Below, piece by piece: positions 1 to 9,400 of a DNA stretch of 64,000 nucleotides. The DNA is from Vicinamibacterales bacterium. GTDB lineage: Bacteria > Acidobacteriota > Vicinamibacteria > Vicinamibacterales > UBA2999. Position numbers and translations under genes: made by a program. Position 1 is the stretch's first letter; every line of letters begins with the position of its first letter. A model generated the notes under the pieces. That model did not search any database. It was not told where the DNA came from and saw only the letters and a program-made list of their open reading frames with translations. The DNA is taken from the NCBI GenBank assembly GCA_035537775.1, contig DATLLQ010000230.1:1845-65844 (forward strand), given 5' to 3'.

Positions 1-909
1 CTGAACCAGGGATGCGATCGCTTCAACGCGGCCGTCGACGTCCGGTCGTGCAATCAGCAGTTCCTCGACTACAACCATCCGGACTACCACTTCTACTCGT
101 ACGTTGCGCCCAACGATCCGCGCCTGCCTGGCGGCGGCGGATACCGGGTCACAGGGCTCAACACAGGCGCCAGAACGCAGTCCGCGACCGGCCCTCAGGT
201 GCAAACGTTCATGGAAGAACGGAGCAGCACCTGGCATGGCATCGACACCAACTTCGTGTGGCGCGGACCGCGTGGGCTCAGACTCAACGGCGGGACGAGC
301 TCGGGATACAGCAACCTGAACACGTGCTATGCCGCGCTTGACAATCCGGACGTGCGGGGAAGGGATGGAGACTACCGCGGCGGGTGCGACAGCGTGAATC
401 CGTGGAACACGCGAATCAACGGTACCGTCGCCTTCGTGATTCCCTGGATCGATGTCCTCGCGAGCGGAGTCTTCCAGGGGTTCCGTGGAGTGGCACGCTC
501 GGCCAACGTGCAGGACGTCCACAAGAGCCAGGTGACCTGGGAGCCCAGCAGCACGTCCCGGCTGAACGATCTGTGCACGGGCACGGTTGCGGTGGAGGGC
601 CGCGGCTGCTTCGGTGTCGACCGAAACGCGGCGACAGCGGACATCAATGTGCTCATGCCCAACGAGCTCTTCGGCGAACGCATCATGCTGTTCGACCTCA
701 AGCTCGCGAAGAACATCCGGTTCAAGAATCGCCGCGTGACGGTCGGGGTGGACGTCTTCAACGTGTTCAACTCCGACGCGATCAGCGCCTATAACAACAC
801 CTACATCCTCCCGGAGAATCTCGCTGCGGGCGAGGAGAATCCCTGGGGCACGCCGACCGCCCTCGTGAGCCCCCGGTTCGCACAGTTCTCGCTGCAGTTC
901 GACTTTTAG
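1..909 (+). CDS. TonB-dependent outer-membrane receptor, C-terminal part (5' end lies outside the window)
   Basis: Frame 1 is open from base 1 to the TAG at 907-909, so the listed 199..909 ORF is only the tail of a longer gene. The sequence is beta-barrel-like and ends ...SPRFAQFSLQFDF, with the terminal Phe typical of OM barrels. Confidence 0.7.
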   Translation: MNQGCDRFNAAVDVRSCNQQFLDYNHPDYHFYSYVAPNDPRLPGGGGYRVTGLNTGARTQSATGPQVQTFMEERSSTWHGIDTNFVWRGPRGLRLNGGTSSGYSNLNTCYAALDNPDVRGRDGDYRGGCDSVNPWNTRINGTVAFVIPWIDVLASGVFQGFRGVARSANVQDVHKSQVTWEPSSTSRLNDLCTGTVAVEGRGCFGVDRNAATADINVLMPNELFGERIMLFDLKLAKNIRFKNRRVTVGVDVFNVFNSDAISAYNNTYILPENLAAGEENPWGTPTALVSPRFAQFSLQFDF

Positions 910-971
910 AGGTAAAGGACGCCGCCGAGGCGAATCCGATCACGCCCGCGCGATAACCGAATCGCGCGGGC
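861..971 (+). repeat. Direct repeat copy A: last 16 codons and stop of the receptor gene plus the downstream hairpin
   Basis: The 111 nt starting cctcgtgagcccccggttcgcacagttctcgctgcagttcgactttta... recur at 3081..3191, exactly 2220 bp downstream, with about 6 mismatches. Confidence 0.95.
945..970 (+). terminator. GC-rich hairpin downstream of the receptor gene
   Basis: 10-bp perfect stem cccgcgcgat / atcgcgcggg with loop aaccga. There is no T-tract, so a rho-independent function is only inferred. Confidence 0.45.
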
Positions 972-1122
972 GGTACCATCCTTCGCAGATGACCCCCCGC
1001 AAAGGAATCCATTCCTAGAGATCTTTTGAGCCTGTAACAAAACCCGCTCGTTGTCGCGACGGCGCCCGTGCAAGGATCCCTTGGAGGCGTCGCGATGAGA
1101 GACAGCGAAGCCCGAGGCCCAC

Positions 1123-2706
1123 GTGCACAAGCCCGATGATGGCTACGGTGGGGCTGCTCGCCGTCGAGAGCGGGTGCTCTTCGAGCTGGCCAAGCGCAAC
1201 AAGGCCGATGTCGCCGAGACGTTCCGCGCCATCACCGAGGCGACCGCGGTCGCCCTCGACGTCGAGCGGACCAGCATCTGGCGGTTGACCCCCGGCGGAA
1301 ATGCGATCGTGTGTGAGGACAACTTCGTTCGCGGCCAAGGTCATACAGCCGGAGAAATCCTGTGGGCGCGTGACTACCCGAGCTATTTTTGCGCCATCGC
1401 CGAAAACCGTGTCATTGCGGCGCACGAGGCGCGCACCGACGACCGCACCTGCGAGCTGAACATGGATTATCTCCAGGTGCACGGCATCACGTCGATGATG
1501 GACGTGCCCATCTGGCAGAAGGGGCGGCCCTACGGGGTGCTGTGTCATGAGCACGTCGGACCCACACGGCGTTGGACGAGCGACGACGAGACCTTCGCCG
1601 CCAACCTGGCCGACCTGGCGTCGCTTGCGCTCGAGGAGGGCGAGGGGCGCAAGGCGGAGCAACGTTGGAACGCGGTGGTGAATACCATCCAAGAGGCGGT
1701 GTTCGTCTTGGACGGCGAAGGGACCATCGTGCAGACCAACCCGTTGGCGGCACGCATGATCGAGCACGCCGGCGGGGGCGTCACCCTGGCCGAACGGATG
1801 GAGCTGGTCGAGTTCCGGGACGAGCAGGGGCGCGTGATCCCGGCCGATCGGACGGGCGGAAGGCGTTCGTTGAGGGGCGAGGTCGTTCGGGAGATCAACC
1901 ACCTGGTCTTCAAACGCACGGGCGAGCGAAGGTCCTATCGCATCACAAGCGCGCCGATGCGGGACGGGGATCACATTGCCAGCGTCGTGGTGGTGCTGGC
2001 GGACGTGACCGAGGAGGTGGCCTTCGATCGTCTGAAGCGCGAAGTGTTGGCCGCGCTGGCGCACGAGTTCAAGACGCCGGTCGCGATCGTCAAGGGATAC
2101 GCCCAACACATGAGCAAGCAGCCCGACGCCAACCCGTCGGAGCGTCCGATGGTGGCTGCCATCGAGCGCGCGTCGAACCGGCTGCAGAGGCTGATCGACG
2201 ATTTGGTCGAAGTGTCGGGCATCTCGATTGGGCGGCTGGTGCTCTACCGAGAGCCGGTCGAGCTCACCGCAATGCTGTGTTCGGTGGCGCACTGGGCAGC
2301 GCCGATGGCGACTCACCACCGGCTGGTCGTGAACGCGCCTGAGGAATTGGCTGTGTCCGCGGATCGCCCCCGCCTGGAGCAGGCCGTCCGCCGGCTCGTG
2401 GACAATGCGATTCGGTATTCACCTCCCGGCGGCGAGGTCGAAATCGCCGTCGCGCCGTCGGGCAATGACGTCGTGATTTCGGTTCGCGACCGAGGCATCG
2501 GAATTCCGGCGGATCAACAGAACCGCATCTTCGAGCTGTTTTTTCGCGCCCACGCCGGGACTCCACACGACGTCGGGGGCCTCGGGATCGGGCTCTTCAT
2601 GGCACGCGAGATCGCGGTCCGTCACGGCGGAGCGATGTGGTTCGAGAGCGAGGAAGGAAAGGGCAGCACGTTCTACATGCGCCTTCCTCGTACGGAGGTG
2701 CTGTGA
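1123..2706 (+). CDS. Sensor histidine kinase (GAF-PAS-HisKA-HATPase_c), cytoplasmic
   Basis: GAF-like N-terminal half and a PAS-like segment (WNAVVNTIQEAVFVLDGEG). H-box LAHEFKTPVAIV. ATPase boxes DNAIRYSPPGG, DRGIGIP and GGLGIGLFMA. The GTG start at 1123 is uncertain. Confidence 0.9.
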   Translation: MHKPDDGYGGAARRRERVLFELAKRNKADVAETFRAITEATAVALDVERTSIWRLTPGGNAIVCEDNFVRGQGHTAGEILWARDYPSYFCAIAENRVIAAHEARTDDRTCELNMDYLQVHGITSMMDVPIWQKGRPYGVLCHEHVGPTRRWTSDDETFAANLADLASLALEEGEGRKAEQRWNAVVNTIQEAVFVLDGEGTIVQTNPLAARMIEHAGGGVTLAERMELVEFRDEQGRVIPADRTGGRRSLRGEVVREINHLVFKRTGERRSYRITSAPMRDGDHIASVVVVLADVTEEVAFDRLKREVLAALAHEFKTPVAIVKGYAQHMSKQPDANPSERPMVAAIERASNRLQRLIDDLVEVSGISIGRLVLYREPVELTAMLCSVAHWAAPMATHHRLVVNAPEELAVSADRPRLEQAVRRLVDNAIRYSPPGGEVEIAVAPSGNDVVISVRDRGIGIPADQQNRIFELFFRAHAGTPHDVGGLGIGLFMAREIAVRHGGAMWFESEEGKGSTFYMRLPRTEVL

Positions 2707-3074
2707 AGAGCGCGGGCGGGATTCTCATCGTCGATGACGACCCCGATCTGCGCGAGTTCCTCCGGCTCATGCTCACGTCGATGGGCTTCGAGGTGACCAG
2801 CGCGGCGAACGGCCAGGAGGCACTCAACGACATGGAAGGTCACGACCCCGACCTGATCCTCCTCGACATGAAGATGCCTGTCATGGACGGTTGGGAGTTC
2901 TGCCGCGTCCTCGAGGGTCGCGACTCGCGCCCTCCCATCGTTGTGCTGACCGCCGCTCCCGATCCAGCCGGCCGAGCCGCCGAGGTGCACGCCGAGGGCT
3001 GGCTCGGCAAGCCGTTCGAATACGCCGACCTGGAAGCGATCGTGCGCAGGTTCGCGAAGAGCCCTGCGCGATGA
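2703..3074 (+). CDS. Single-domain response regulator (receiver only)
   Basis: Receiver motifs ILIVDDDPD, DLILLDMKMPVMDG, VVLTA and GWLGKP. The GTG at 2703 overlaps the kinase stop (GTGA). I prefer it to the listed start at 2637, which lies inside the kinase gene. Confidence 0.88.
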   Translation: MKSAGGILIVDDDPDLREFLRLMLTSMGFEVTSAANGQEALNDMEGHDPDLILLDMKMPVMDGWEFCRVLEGRDSRPPIVVLTAAPDPAGRAAEVHAEGWLGKPFEYADLEAIVRRFAKSPAR

Positions 3075-3080
3075 CTCGGG

Positions 3081-3191
3081 CCTCGTGAGCCCCCGGTTCG
3101 CACAGTTCTCGCTGCAGTTCGACTTTTAAGAGTAAAGGACGCGGCCGAGGCGAATCGGATCACGCCCGCGCGATACCCGAATCGCGCGGGC
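3081..3191 (+). repeat. Direct repeat copy B: relic of the receptor 3' end plus hairpin
   Basis: About 95% identical to 861..971. It keeps the in-frame remnant LVSPRFAQFSLQFDF but with TAA instead of TAG. It starts 6 nt after the response-regulator stop. Confidence 0.95.
3165..3190. terminator. Second copy of the GC-rich hairpin, between convergent genes
   Basis: cccgcgcgat-acccga-atcgcgcggg. It lies between the regulator stop (3074) and the minus-strand porin stop (3205). Confidence 0.45.
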
Positions 3192-3204
3192 CTCTCAAAA
3201 GCGT

Positions 3205-4245
3205 CTAGAACTCGATAAGGGTCTGGGCCTGCAGCCTGCGTGAGAGCAGCTGGGAGCTGGCCGATCCGTACTCCTGCACGAGCGACACCACGACACCAAA
3301 TCGTCCAGTGCCCGCCTCAGTCCAGTGCGCGCCGCCGAAGAGGTAGCGTCGTCTCGTGTCGTTGTCGATGGACACATCCGGAACGAAAACATCCAGGCCG
3401 AAGATTCCGGCCCAGCCGGTGGGACCTTGCCGGCCCTCGCCGAAGAACGACAGGCCGCGCCGTTTGACGTCCACGGCCACGAACGGGTTGTCGGTGGCGG
3501 ACAGATACTGAACCGTCCCGAGGAGCCGTTCGTTCTCGTAGCTGCCCATCACGATCGCCACGTTGCGGGGTCGATCCTTGGCGTACCAGCCGTACTGGTA
3601 GAAGCCTGAGATGGTGACCTTGCCCAGCTCGCTGTCATCAGAGAACGGGCGAAACGTCGCGCGGCCGTCGATGCTCTTGTACTTGTCGAGTTCGGCGCGT
3701 CCGTACCCTTCGCCGTTGTAGACACCCACATGCACCTGCGTACGTTCACCGGTCACCTTGACGCTCGCACCGAGGTCGGTCGCCCCGGGGATCAGCGCCA
3801 GCCGCTCGGCGAACAAGGGACCGAGCACACGATATCGATTGACCGACTCCTCGAAGGTGAGCCAGGGCGTCTCGTGCAGGCCGAACATCACCTGGGTCCT
3901 CTCGGTCGCCTGTACGTCGAGCGAGGCGTATTCGAGTCGCAGCGCGAGGTTTCGGTCGAGACTGGCGTCGGTGATCGGCCGCACGTCCGGAACGAACCGG
4001 ACTCCCACGCGGTCGGTCAGCTGCGCGTGGATCTTGAAGTACCCGCGCGTGAGGTCGAACGCGTTGTAGCCGTCCTGCTCGTGCAGCTCGGCGGCGTACT
4101 CCAGGAAGGAGACGACCCCGAAGCTCACTCTGGGGAACTCACTGGCCACCGGTGGATCTGCCGGCGGTGGATCCTGAGCGAGCGCCGGCGCCGCCAGACC
4201 AACGACAAGAATCGCAGACAGAGAGAGTCGTTTCATCGTGTTCAC
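3205..4245 (-). CDS. Outer-membrane beta-barrel (porin-like) protein
   Basis: Signal peptide MKRLSLSAILVVGLAAPALA/QD and amphipathic strand-like sequence (VYNGEGYG). The C-terminus is ...QTLIEF. It starts 6 bp after the DUF1501 stop. Confidence 0.55.
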   Translation of the reverse strand: MNTMKRLSLSAILVVGLAAPALAQDPPPADPPVASEFPRVSFGVVSFLEYAAELHEQDGYNAFDLTRGYFKIHAQLTDRVGVRFVPDVRPITDASLDRNLALRLEYASLDVQATERTQVMFGLHETPWLTFEESVNRYRVLGPLFAERLALIPGATDLGASVKVTGERTQVHVGVYNGEGYGRAELDKYKSIDGRATFRPFSDDSELGKVTISGFYQYGWYAKDRPRNVAIVMGSYENERLLGTVQYLSATDNPFVAVDVKRRGLSFFGEGRQGPTGWAGIFGLDVFVPDVSIDNDTRRRYLFGGAHWTEAGTGRFGVVVSLVQEYGSASSQLLSRRLQAQTLIEF

Positions 4246-4251
4246 CGTGTG

Positions 4252-5508
4252 TCAGAAGATGGCCGGCGAACCGGCACGAAAGTCACCGCCCAAAATCGGC
4301 ACTGAGTTCACGCCGAACCATTGATCCAGCAGACTGGCGTACACGGACCGGAAGTCGGTTTCATGGCGCACGTCCCCGGAGTTGTTTTCCAGCGTCGGAT
4401 GGCCCGGAGCAAGCGAGGCCGCTGTCCCATAGAGCCCGCCCCGCACCGAGCCGCCGAGCGCCATCATCAGACCGCCGGCGCCGTGATCGGTACCCGCGCT
4501 GCCGTTCTCGGAGATACGCCGGCCGAACTCGGAGAACACAATCACGGTCGTATCGCTCGCGAGGCCCTGGTTGCGGATGTCGCTGTAGAACGCCCACAGG
4601 CCATCGCCGAGCGTGCCCATCAGGTTGGCGTAACCCCCACCGCCTCCGCCGCCCTGCCCCGCATGCGTGTCGTAGCCACCGGTGGACAACCAGAACACTC
4701 GTGAGCCGATTCCGCGGGCGATGGCGCCTGCCACCGTCCGCAAGGCCAACCCGAAGCCATTGTTCGGATACGCGATCGTTGGGGTGTACGCCGTGGCCTG
4801 CGCCACGCGGTCGAGCGTCTCGAGCGCACCCAGATTGCAGCTGTTCACCAGGGCCAGGTGAGGCCGCCCTGGCGCCGGTGACGATGCCATGGTCTGCGCG
4901 GCGACGCGCTCCTGCAGCGCAACCGCGCCGCGGTTCGGGCTGGCAAACGTATAGGTGTTTGCGTTGGGAATCGCGGGTACCCCGCTTGTGCCCGAAAGAA
5001 GAGCCCGCGGTGTTTCTCCCGTTGTATTCCACGCCGCCAGCGAGTCCAGCGGCCGTGGGAGCGTGTCGAGATATCGGCCGAGCCAGCCCGACCCGGTCGT
5101 CGACTGCGGGTTGGCGGTGCCATAGATGTCGGTGGCCTCGAAGTGCGACCGGCTCGAGTTCTGGTAGCCCGTACGCTGCACGAGCGCCAGGCGCCCCTCG
5201 TTGAAAATATTCGCGAGGCCGCCAAGGCGCGGGTGCAGCCCCAGCGCCTGTCCGGCGGCGTCAGTGCCCACCTGCAGTACCTGCCCCGCAGGCACGGCAA
5301 TCGACGGCCGGCGGCTGTAGTAGGCCGGGTCCCGATAGGAGACCAGCGTATTCAGCGCATCGTTGCCACCGCCCAGATAGACAACGACGAGGCGTCGCGA
5401 CGGGTTGCCCTGAGCGTGCGCGATCGCGCTCAGGAACGAGGGCGCGGCAATCCCGAGCGTGACGGTGGCAACGCCGTGGCGGATAAAGAGTCGTCGTGAG
5501 ATGGCCAT
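4252..5508 (-). CDS. DUF1501 family protein (sulfatase-fold, Tat-exported)
   Basis: Twin-arginine N-terminus MAISRRLFIRHGVATVTLG. Motifs GGNDALN, GGYDTH and FSEFGRR...GTDHG. The ATG at 5508 is preceded by GGAAGGGA. The listed ORF runs on to 5997 only because no stop intervenes. Confidence 0.85.
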   Translation of the reverse strand: MAISRRLFIRHGVATVTLGIAAPSFLSAIAHAQGNPSRRLVVVYLGGGNDALNTLVSYRDPAYYSRRPSIAVPAGQVLQVGTDAAGQALGLHPRLGGLANIFNEGRLALVQRTGYQNSSRSHFEATDIYGTANPQSTTGSGWLGRYLDTLPRPLDSLAAWNTTGETPRALLSGTSGVPAIPNANTYTFASPNRGAVALQERVAAQTMASSPAPGRPHLALVNSCNLGALETLDRVAQATAYTPTIAYPNNGFGLALRTVAGAIARGIGSRVFWLSTGGYDTHAGQGGGGGGGYANLMGTLGDGLWAFYSDIRNQGLASDTTVIVFSEFGRRISENGSAGTDHGAGGLMMALGGSVRGGLYGTAASLAPGHPTLENNSGDVRHETDFRSVYASLLDQWFGVNSVPILGGDFRAGSPAIF

Positions 5509-5519
5509 GGCGTCCCTTC

Positions 5520-6992
5520 CTAAACGAGTTGGTATTCGGAGGAACCGACGAGGAGACGCGCCAGACCCGAGGCTCTCGTGTTGAGCTGCTCGCCGCCCCC
5601 GTTCCAAACGCCAGCCGCGAACAGGTAGGTCATCAGCGCCTCCGCCGGGACCGTATCGAGGGGCGCCGGCGTCACGCGCTCCAGCATCGCGTTGAACAAC
5701 GCCTGCGGCGTCTGGCTCTTCGGCTTGAGCGAAGCACCAAGGAATTCCCGCTGGCTCGACGCCAGCGTGGCGGCGAAGTGGGTCCGGGCCAGCATCGTCC
5801 CCGTTGAAATCCATCCGGCGCCGAGCGGCCATCCGCCTACGTTCGGTGGCTCGAAGAGCTGCTGCCCCATGTTGGCCAGCGGCGACCGCATCCTGTCCAG
5901 CATCAGGTTCTGCCAGCCGACTTCTCTGATCGCGCGCACGACGTATTCCACTGGCCACGAATAGCGCGCGTAGTGCGCCGAGGGATCGGTGAACCACGGC
6001 GAATTGAGCACGAACTGCAGGACGGGTCTGATGTCGGTTCCACGCTGCAGGTAGACCGCGGCTGCGCTGTCGATGAACGTCGGATCCGGCGGCTGAATCT
6101 CGCTGACGAAGAAGTGCCAGAACTTGCGAGCGAGCCGACGGGCAGTTTCCGGATGGAACGCCAGGGCGGTGATGAGGTCGATGCCGTCCTGGATTCCTTC
6201 GGCCTCGCCGCGTTCCGGGATGGTGTGGCTGCCGTTGGCGTAGATCGGGAACGAAAACGTCTTGGCGCCGGTGTCGTGCCGCTCGGGGTTGTAGACGAAC
6301 TCCTGATACGAGTTCACGTCCCCGTAGTCGTCGCGGCGGTAGTCGGAGGACCCGCGCAGGTTCCAGCCGGTGAACACCCGCGCGGCAGCATAGACGTCCT
6401 GCTCGGTGTAGTAGTCGACGCCGACCGTGAACAGCTCCATCACCTCACGGCCGAAGTTCTCCTGCGGCTTCGCTTTGGAGTTGCTCTGTCCGTCGAGCCA
6501 CACCAGCATCGCGGGATCCTTCGCCACCTCCAGGAGGAGGTCGCGATAGTTGCCGACCGCGTATTGACGGAAGAGCTCGATCTGCCCCTGCGGTCCGCGC
6601 AGCACACCTCGCTTGTGGGCGAGCATCTTCGTGGCCTGCACCTCGCCTGAATCTGCAACCAGCTTGCTGTAGGCCGTGGCGAAGTGGTTGTGCCAGAACA
6701 ACGCCATCTTTTCCTGCAGCGGCCGCCGTGTATGAATCATGCGGAACAGCCATCGCTGGCGCGCGGAGTCGATGTCGATGTCGGGCGCGAACAGTTCCTT
6801 CGTCGTCGCCACCTGCGCGTGGTCGCGCCGTCCGATGCGCGCATCGACGTCGTCGGGCCGGCCCTCGTAGTTGACGAGATACTCGACCGCCTCGCTCGTC
6901 GACATGTCACGAAAGGTGTCGGCGTCCGCCGCGCTGACGCCGAACCCGGCACGACGAAGCAGATGATCGATGTCGGGATTGAGCTGAGCCAC
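5520..6992 (-). CDS. DUF1800 family protein
   Basis: N-terminal HLLRRAGFG motif, a length of about 490 aa, and a position directly upstream of a DUF1501 gene, which is the usual pairing. Confidence 0.85.
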   Translation of the reverse strand: MAQLNPDIDHLLRRAGFGVSAADADTFRDMSTSEAVEYLVNYEGRPDDVDARIGRRDHAQVATTKELFAPDIDIDSARQRWLFRMIHTRRPLQEKMALFWHNHFATAYSKLVADSGEVQATKMLAHKRGVLRGPQGQIELFRQYAVGNYRDLLLEVAKDPAMLVWLDGQSNSKAKPQENFGREVMELFTVGVDYYTEQDVYAAARVFTGWNLRGSSDYRRDDYGDVNSYQEFVYNPERHDTGAKTFSFPIYANGSHTIPERGEAEGIQDGIDLITALAFHPETARRLARKFWHFFVSEIQPPDPTFIDSAAAVYLQRGTDIRPVLQFVLNSPWFTDPSAHYARYSWPVEYVVRAIREVGWQNLMLDRMRSPLANMGQQLFEPPNVGGWPLGAGWISTGTMLARTHFAATLASSQREFLGASLKPKSQTPQALFNAMLERVTPAPLDTVPAEALMTYLFAAGVWNGGGEQLNTRASGLARLLVGSSEYQLV

Positions 6993-6998
6993 GGCAGA

Positions 6999-7496
6999 TC
7001 AGATCGCGATGGTCACGACGTCATTGGCAAACGTGCTGGAGTACTGACGCAGATTCGCCATCGCCGGCCCGCCGATGACCCGTCCGTCACGGGCGTAGCG
7101 CGATCCGTGGCACGGACAGACGTAGTCGTTTCCCTGAGCACCCGTGATGGTGCAGCCCTCGTGGGTGCAGACGGCATCGATCGCCGTGAATGTGCTCGCG
7201 CTCGTCCGCGCGATGAGAAACACGCCCGCTGTCGATTCGACGAGTGCTGCGTCACCCGCGTTGGCCAATGCGGCTCCGAGCGTGACGCGCACGCTGGAAC
7301 CTACCAACTGGCCCGCCAGAACGGTGAGCGTTGAAGTCCCGCCGCCCGGGGACGTCGGCGATCCGCCGCATGCGGAGAGCAGCGTCACCAGCGTGGCGCC
7401 GGAGGCAACTTGGCATGCTCCTGCGCAGAACTGACGTCGTGAGACCGATCCGCTCCTGTCTGACATCGGGGTTTTCTCGCGGGGGAGGCGAGCCAT
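6999..7496 (-). CDS. Rieske [2Fe-2S] domain protein, probably Tat-exported
   Basis: Rieske boxes CTHEGC and CPCHGSRY. N-terminus SRRQFCAGACQVASGATLV. It ends 6 bp upstream of the DUF1800 gene. Confidence 0.85.
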   Translation of the reverse strand: MARLPREKTPMSDRSGSVSRRQFCAGACQVASGATLVTLLSACGGSPTSPGGGTSTLTVLAGQLVGSSVRVTLGAALANAGDAALVESTAGVFLIARTSASTFTAIDAVCTHEGCTITGAQGNDYVCPCHGSRYARDGRVIGGPAMANLRQYSSTFANDVVTIAI

Positions 7497-7648
7497 GAGT
7501 GCGCAATATCAGGGCCACTCGCAAACGACCCCGTTTTGTCGTGTCGGCGATACCCGACGGGGCTCCCGTCGATCACATACTGCGATAGACGACAGGCGAT
7601 TTCGTAACGAGCGGCGTTCGCGGCGATCACCCGCGCGCGAGCCCCGAA

Positions 7649-9388
7649 TCAGTTGGACCGCAACTCGCCGACGGTGCGGACCGGCGCGCCGACCAGAGGG
7701 TGCGCATATCTGATCACGGGCATCAGCGGCGTCACCGCAAACGGAACCTTCTCGCGAACCGACACCAGCGGCACGGCGGGCGAGCGATCGAGTGCCACCC
7801 TGCCGCTCCACGGATCGACGACGAGCCGCGCACCGAGCTGCAGCGCGGCAATCTGTTCGAGGTTGTCCTTCATCAGCGGCGGGGCCTGCTTCATGAGATC
7901 GGCAAGCCGAGTCATCTGCGCGTTGGCCGCCATGTAATCGCCGATGTGCGGCTGGATGAGCCGAGGCAACTGCTTGGCGTGCTCCGAGAGCGCGCGAAGA
8001 AACAGGCCGGCGTCCGCCAGCTTGTCGTGATAGGGGGACTTGCCGAGCAGCTCGATGGTCTTCTCGTCAGCCGCGGCCTCCTCTTTTTGCGTGCGGCGGA
8101 ATCGCAGCGCCGGCAGCAGCTCGCCATCGGGCACCATCAGACGATCGGCAAACGAGAACTTCGTGTCGATCAACTGGTGGCCGAGCGCCACGTGGCTCAA
8201 CTCGTGCGCGAGCATCGTCGCGAGGCTCGCTTCGTCCGGCAGCACGTCGATGAGACCGCGGCTCAACACGATCGTGCGGCCGACCGTGAACGACTCGAGC
8301 GGCGAGGTCAGCAGGATCCGTGAGTGCAGCGGCCGTTCGAGGTTCACGTTGTTGGTCACCACGAGGTTGTTGAGGACGGTCTCGAGGACCTTGTCCGCTT
8401 CGCCCGCCGGCGCGAGGAGGCCGATCGCCTCGAGCCGCTCGAGGACGTTTGCCTCGGCTTCCTGCTCCCACCGACGCTGGCTGAGCACAGGCGACAGCTG
8501 CGCGGCCCCGTCGGCGGAGTCGGCAACATGAGGCTCGTCAATCCGGATCGTCGTCAACGAGCCGGTCCGGTCGGTGGTTTGCGCCTGGTATCCCCAGATT
8601 CGAGTCTGGCTCTTGAACCGCGCCTGCTGCTTCGAGCTGGAGGACTTCTTGGAGGATGTGCCGTTCAGATCCGTTTCTTCCGAGTAGACGTACGACGGCA
8701 CCCACACGCCGGGCGCGACGTTCACACGCCAGCCGTCCATATGGAACGACAGCGTCCGCTTGAACACGCCTGACAACATCTTTTCCGATCCGCGGCTGGC
8801 GCCGTTGAAGCGAACGAGGTTGTAGTCGCGATCCTCGATCCAGATACGGCCGACAAAACCCTGCCTGCCGTCGCGGAGTGGCCTGACGTCGAAGACAAAG
8901 CAGCGCGATTCGCCGAGGAACTCCCGGCGGACGTACGTGAACTCGTACCGCTTTCGGTCGAGCACGCGCCAGTCGGGGGCCACCATCGCGGCGAAGGCAT
9001 CGCCCAGGCGGGGCGGGCTTGCCGCGAGGCGCAGCTTCACGCCGGGCTCTTCCCTCACACCGAACGGACGCAGTGTCGGCCCGTCATCGAACTGAAGTTG
9101 GCCGAGGAAGTAGTTGTCGTCGATCGGAACCCAGCCGCGGGCCTCGTCGGGCGCCACATTCTGAATGTAGACCTCCATCAACGGGTGGGAGGCCCTCAAC
9201 CGCTCGAGGACCGCTCGTTCCGCCCTGTTCATCCGGTCGATGATGTCGTTGGCTGCAACCTGTCCTGCGCGGCCAGGTGTCTGTGCCGCTGGAGCTTTCT
9301 GATCGTTGGCCTGCGCGCTGGCGATCGACGCTGTCATGGCGGGCGCGAGCAATGCAGCAAGCAGCAACGGAAGACGTACAAATCGCAT
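7649..9388 (-). CDS. Secreted M48-like zinc metallopeptidase
   Basis: Signal peptide MRFVRLPLLLAALLAPAMTASIASAQA. Zinc motif LAHELSHVALGH (HExxH). It starts 12 bp after the tonB stop. Confidence 0.72.
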   Translation of the reverse strand: MRFVRLPLLLAALLAPAMTASIASAQANDQKAPAAQTPGRAGQVAANDIIDRMNRAERAVLERLRASHPLMEVYIQNVAPDEARGWVPIDDNYFLGQLQFDDGPTLRPFGVREEPGVKLRLAASPPRLGDAFAAMVAPDWRVLDRKRYEFTYVRREFLGESRCFVFDVRPLRDGRQGFVGRIWIEDRDYNLVRFNGASRGSEKMLSGVFKRTLSFHMDGWRVNVAPGVWVPSYVYSEETDLNGTSSKKSSSSKQQARFKSQTRIWGYQAQTTDRTGSLTTIRIDEPHVADSADGAAQLSPVLSQRRWEQEAEANVLERLEAIGLLAPAGEADKVLETVLNNLVVTNNVNLERPLHSRILLTSPLESFTVGRTIVLSRGLIDVLPDEASLATMLAHELSHVALGHQLIDTKFSFADRLMVPDGELLPALRFRRTQKEEAAADEKTIELLGKSPYHDKLADAGLFLRALSEHAKQLPRLIQPHIGDYMAANAQMTRLADLMKQAPPLMKDNLEQIAALQLGARLVVDPWSGRVALDRSPAVPLVSVREKVPFAVTPLMPVIRYAHPLVGAPVRTVGELRSN

Positions 9389-9400
9389 AGGTGCCTCTGA

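Noticed and set aside
1015-2319. 434-aa minus-strand ORF
   Set aside because: It is antisense to the GAF-PAS histidine kinase, which has unambiguous kinase motifs. The composition is artefactual.
4152-5204. 350-aa plus-strand ORF
   Set aside because: It is antisense to DUF1501 and extremely Arg/Pro/Ser-rich (RRRRDRYPRCRSRRYAGRTRRT…), the typical third-frame artefact of high-GC DNA.
5509-5997. Upstream extension of the DUF1501 ORF to 581 aa
   Set aside because: It overlaps the 3' end of the DUF1800 gene. The Tat signal peptide starts at the ATG at 5508, which has a Shine-Dalgarno-like GGAAGGGA.
7530-7566. Imperfect hairpin (ccccg…gtcgg-cgatac-ccgac-gggg) between the M48 gene and the Rieske operon
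   Set aside because: The stem is interrupted by a large bulge. I cannot tell a terminator from chance GC pairing by eye.
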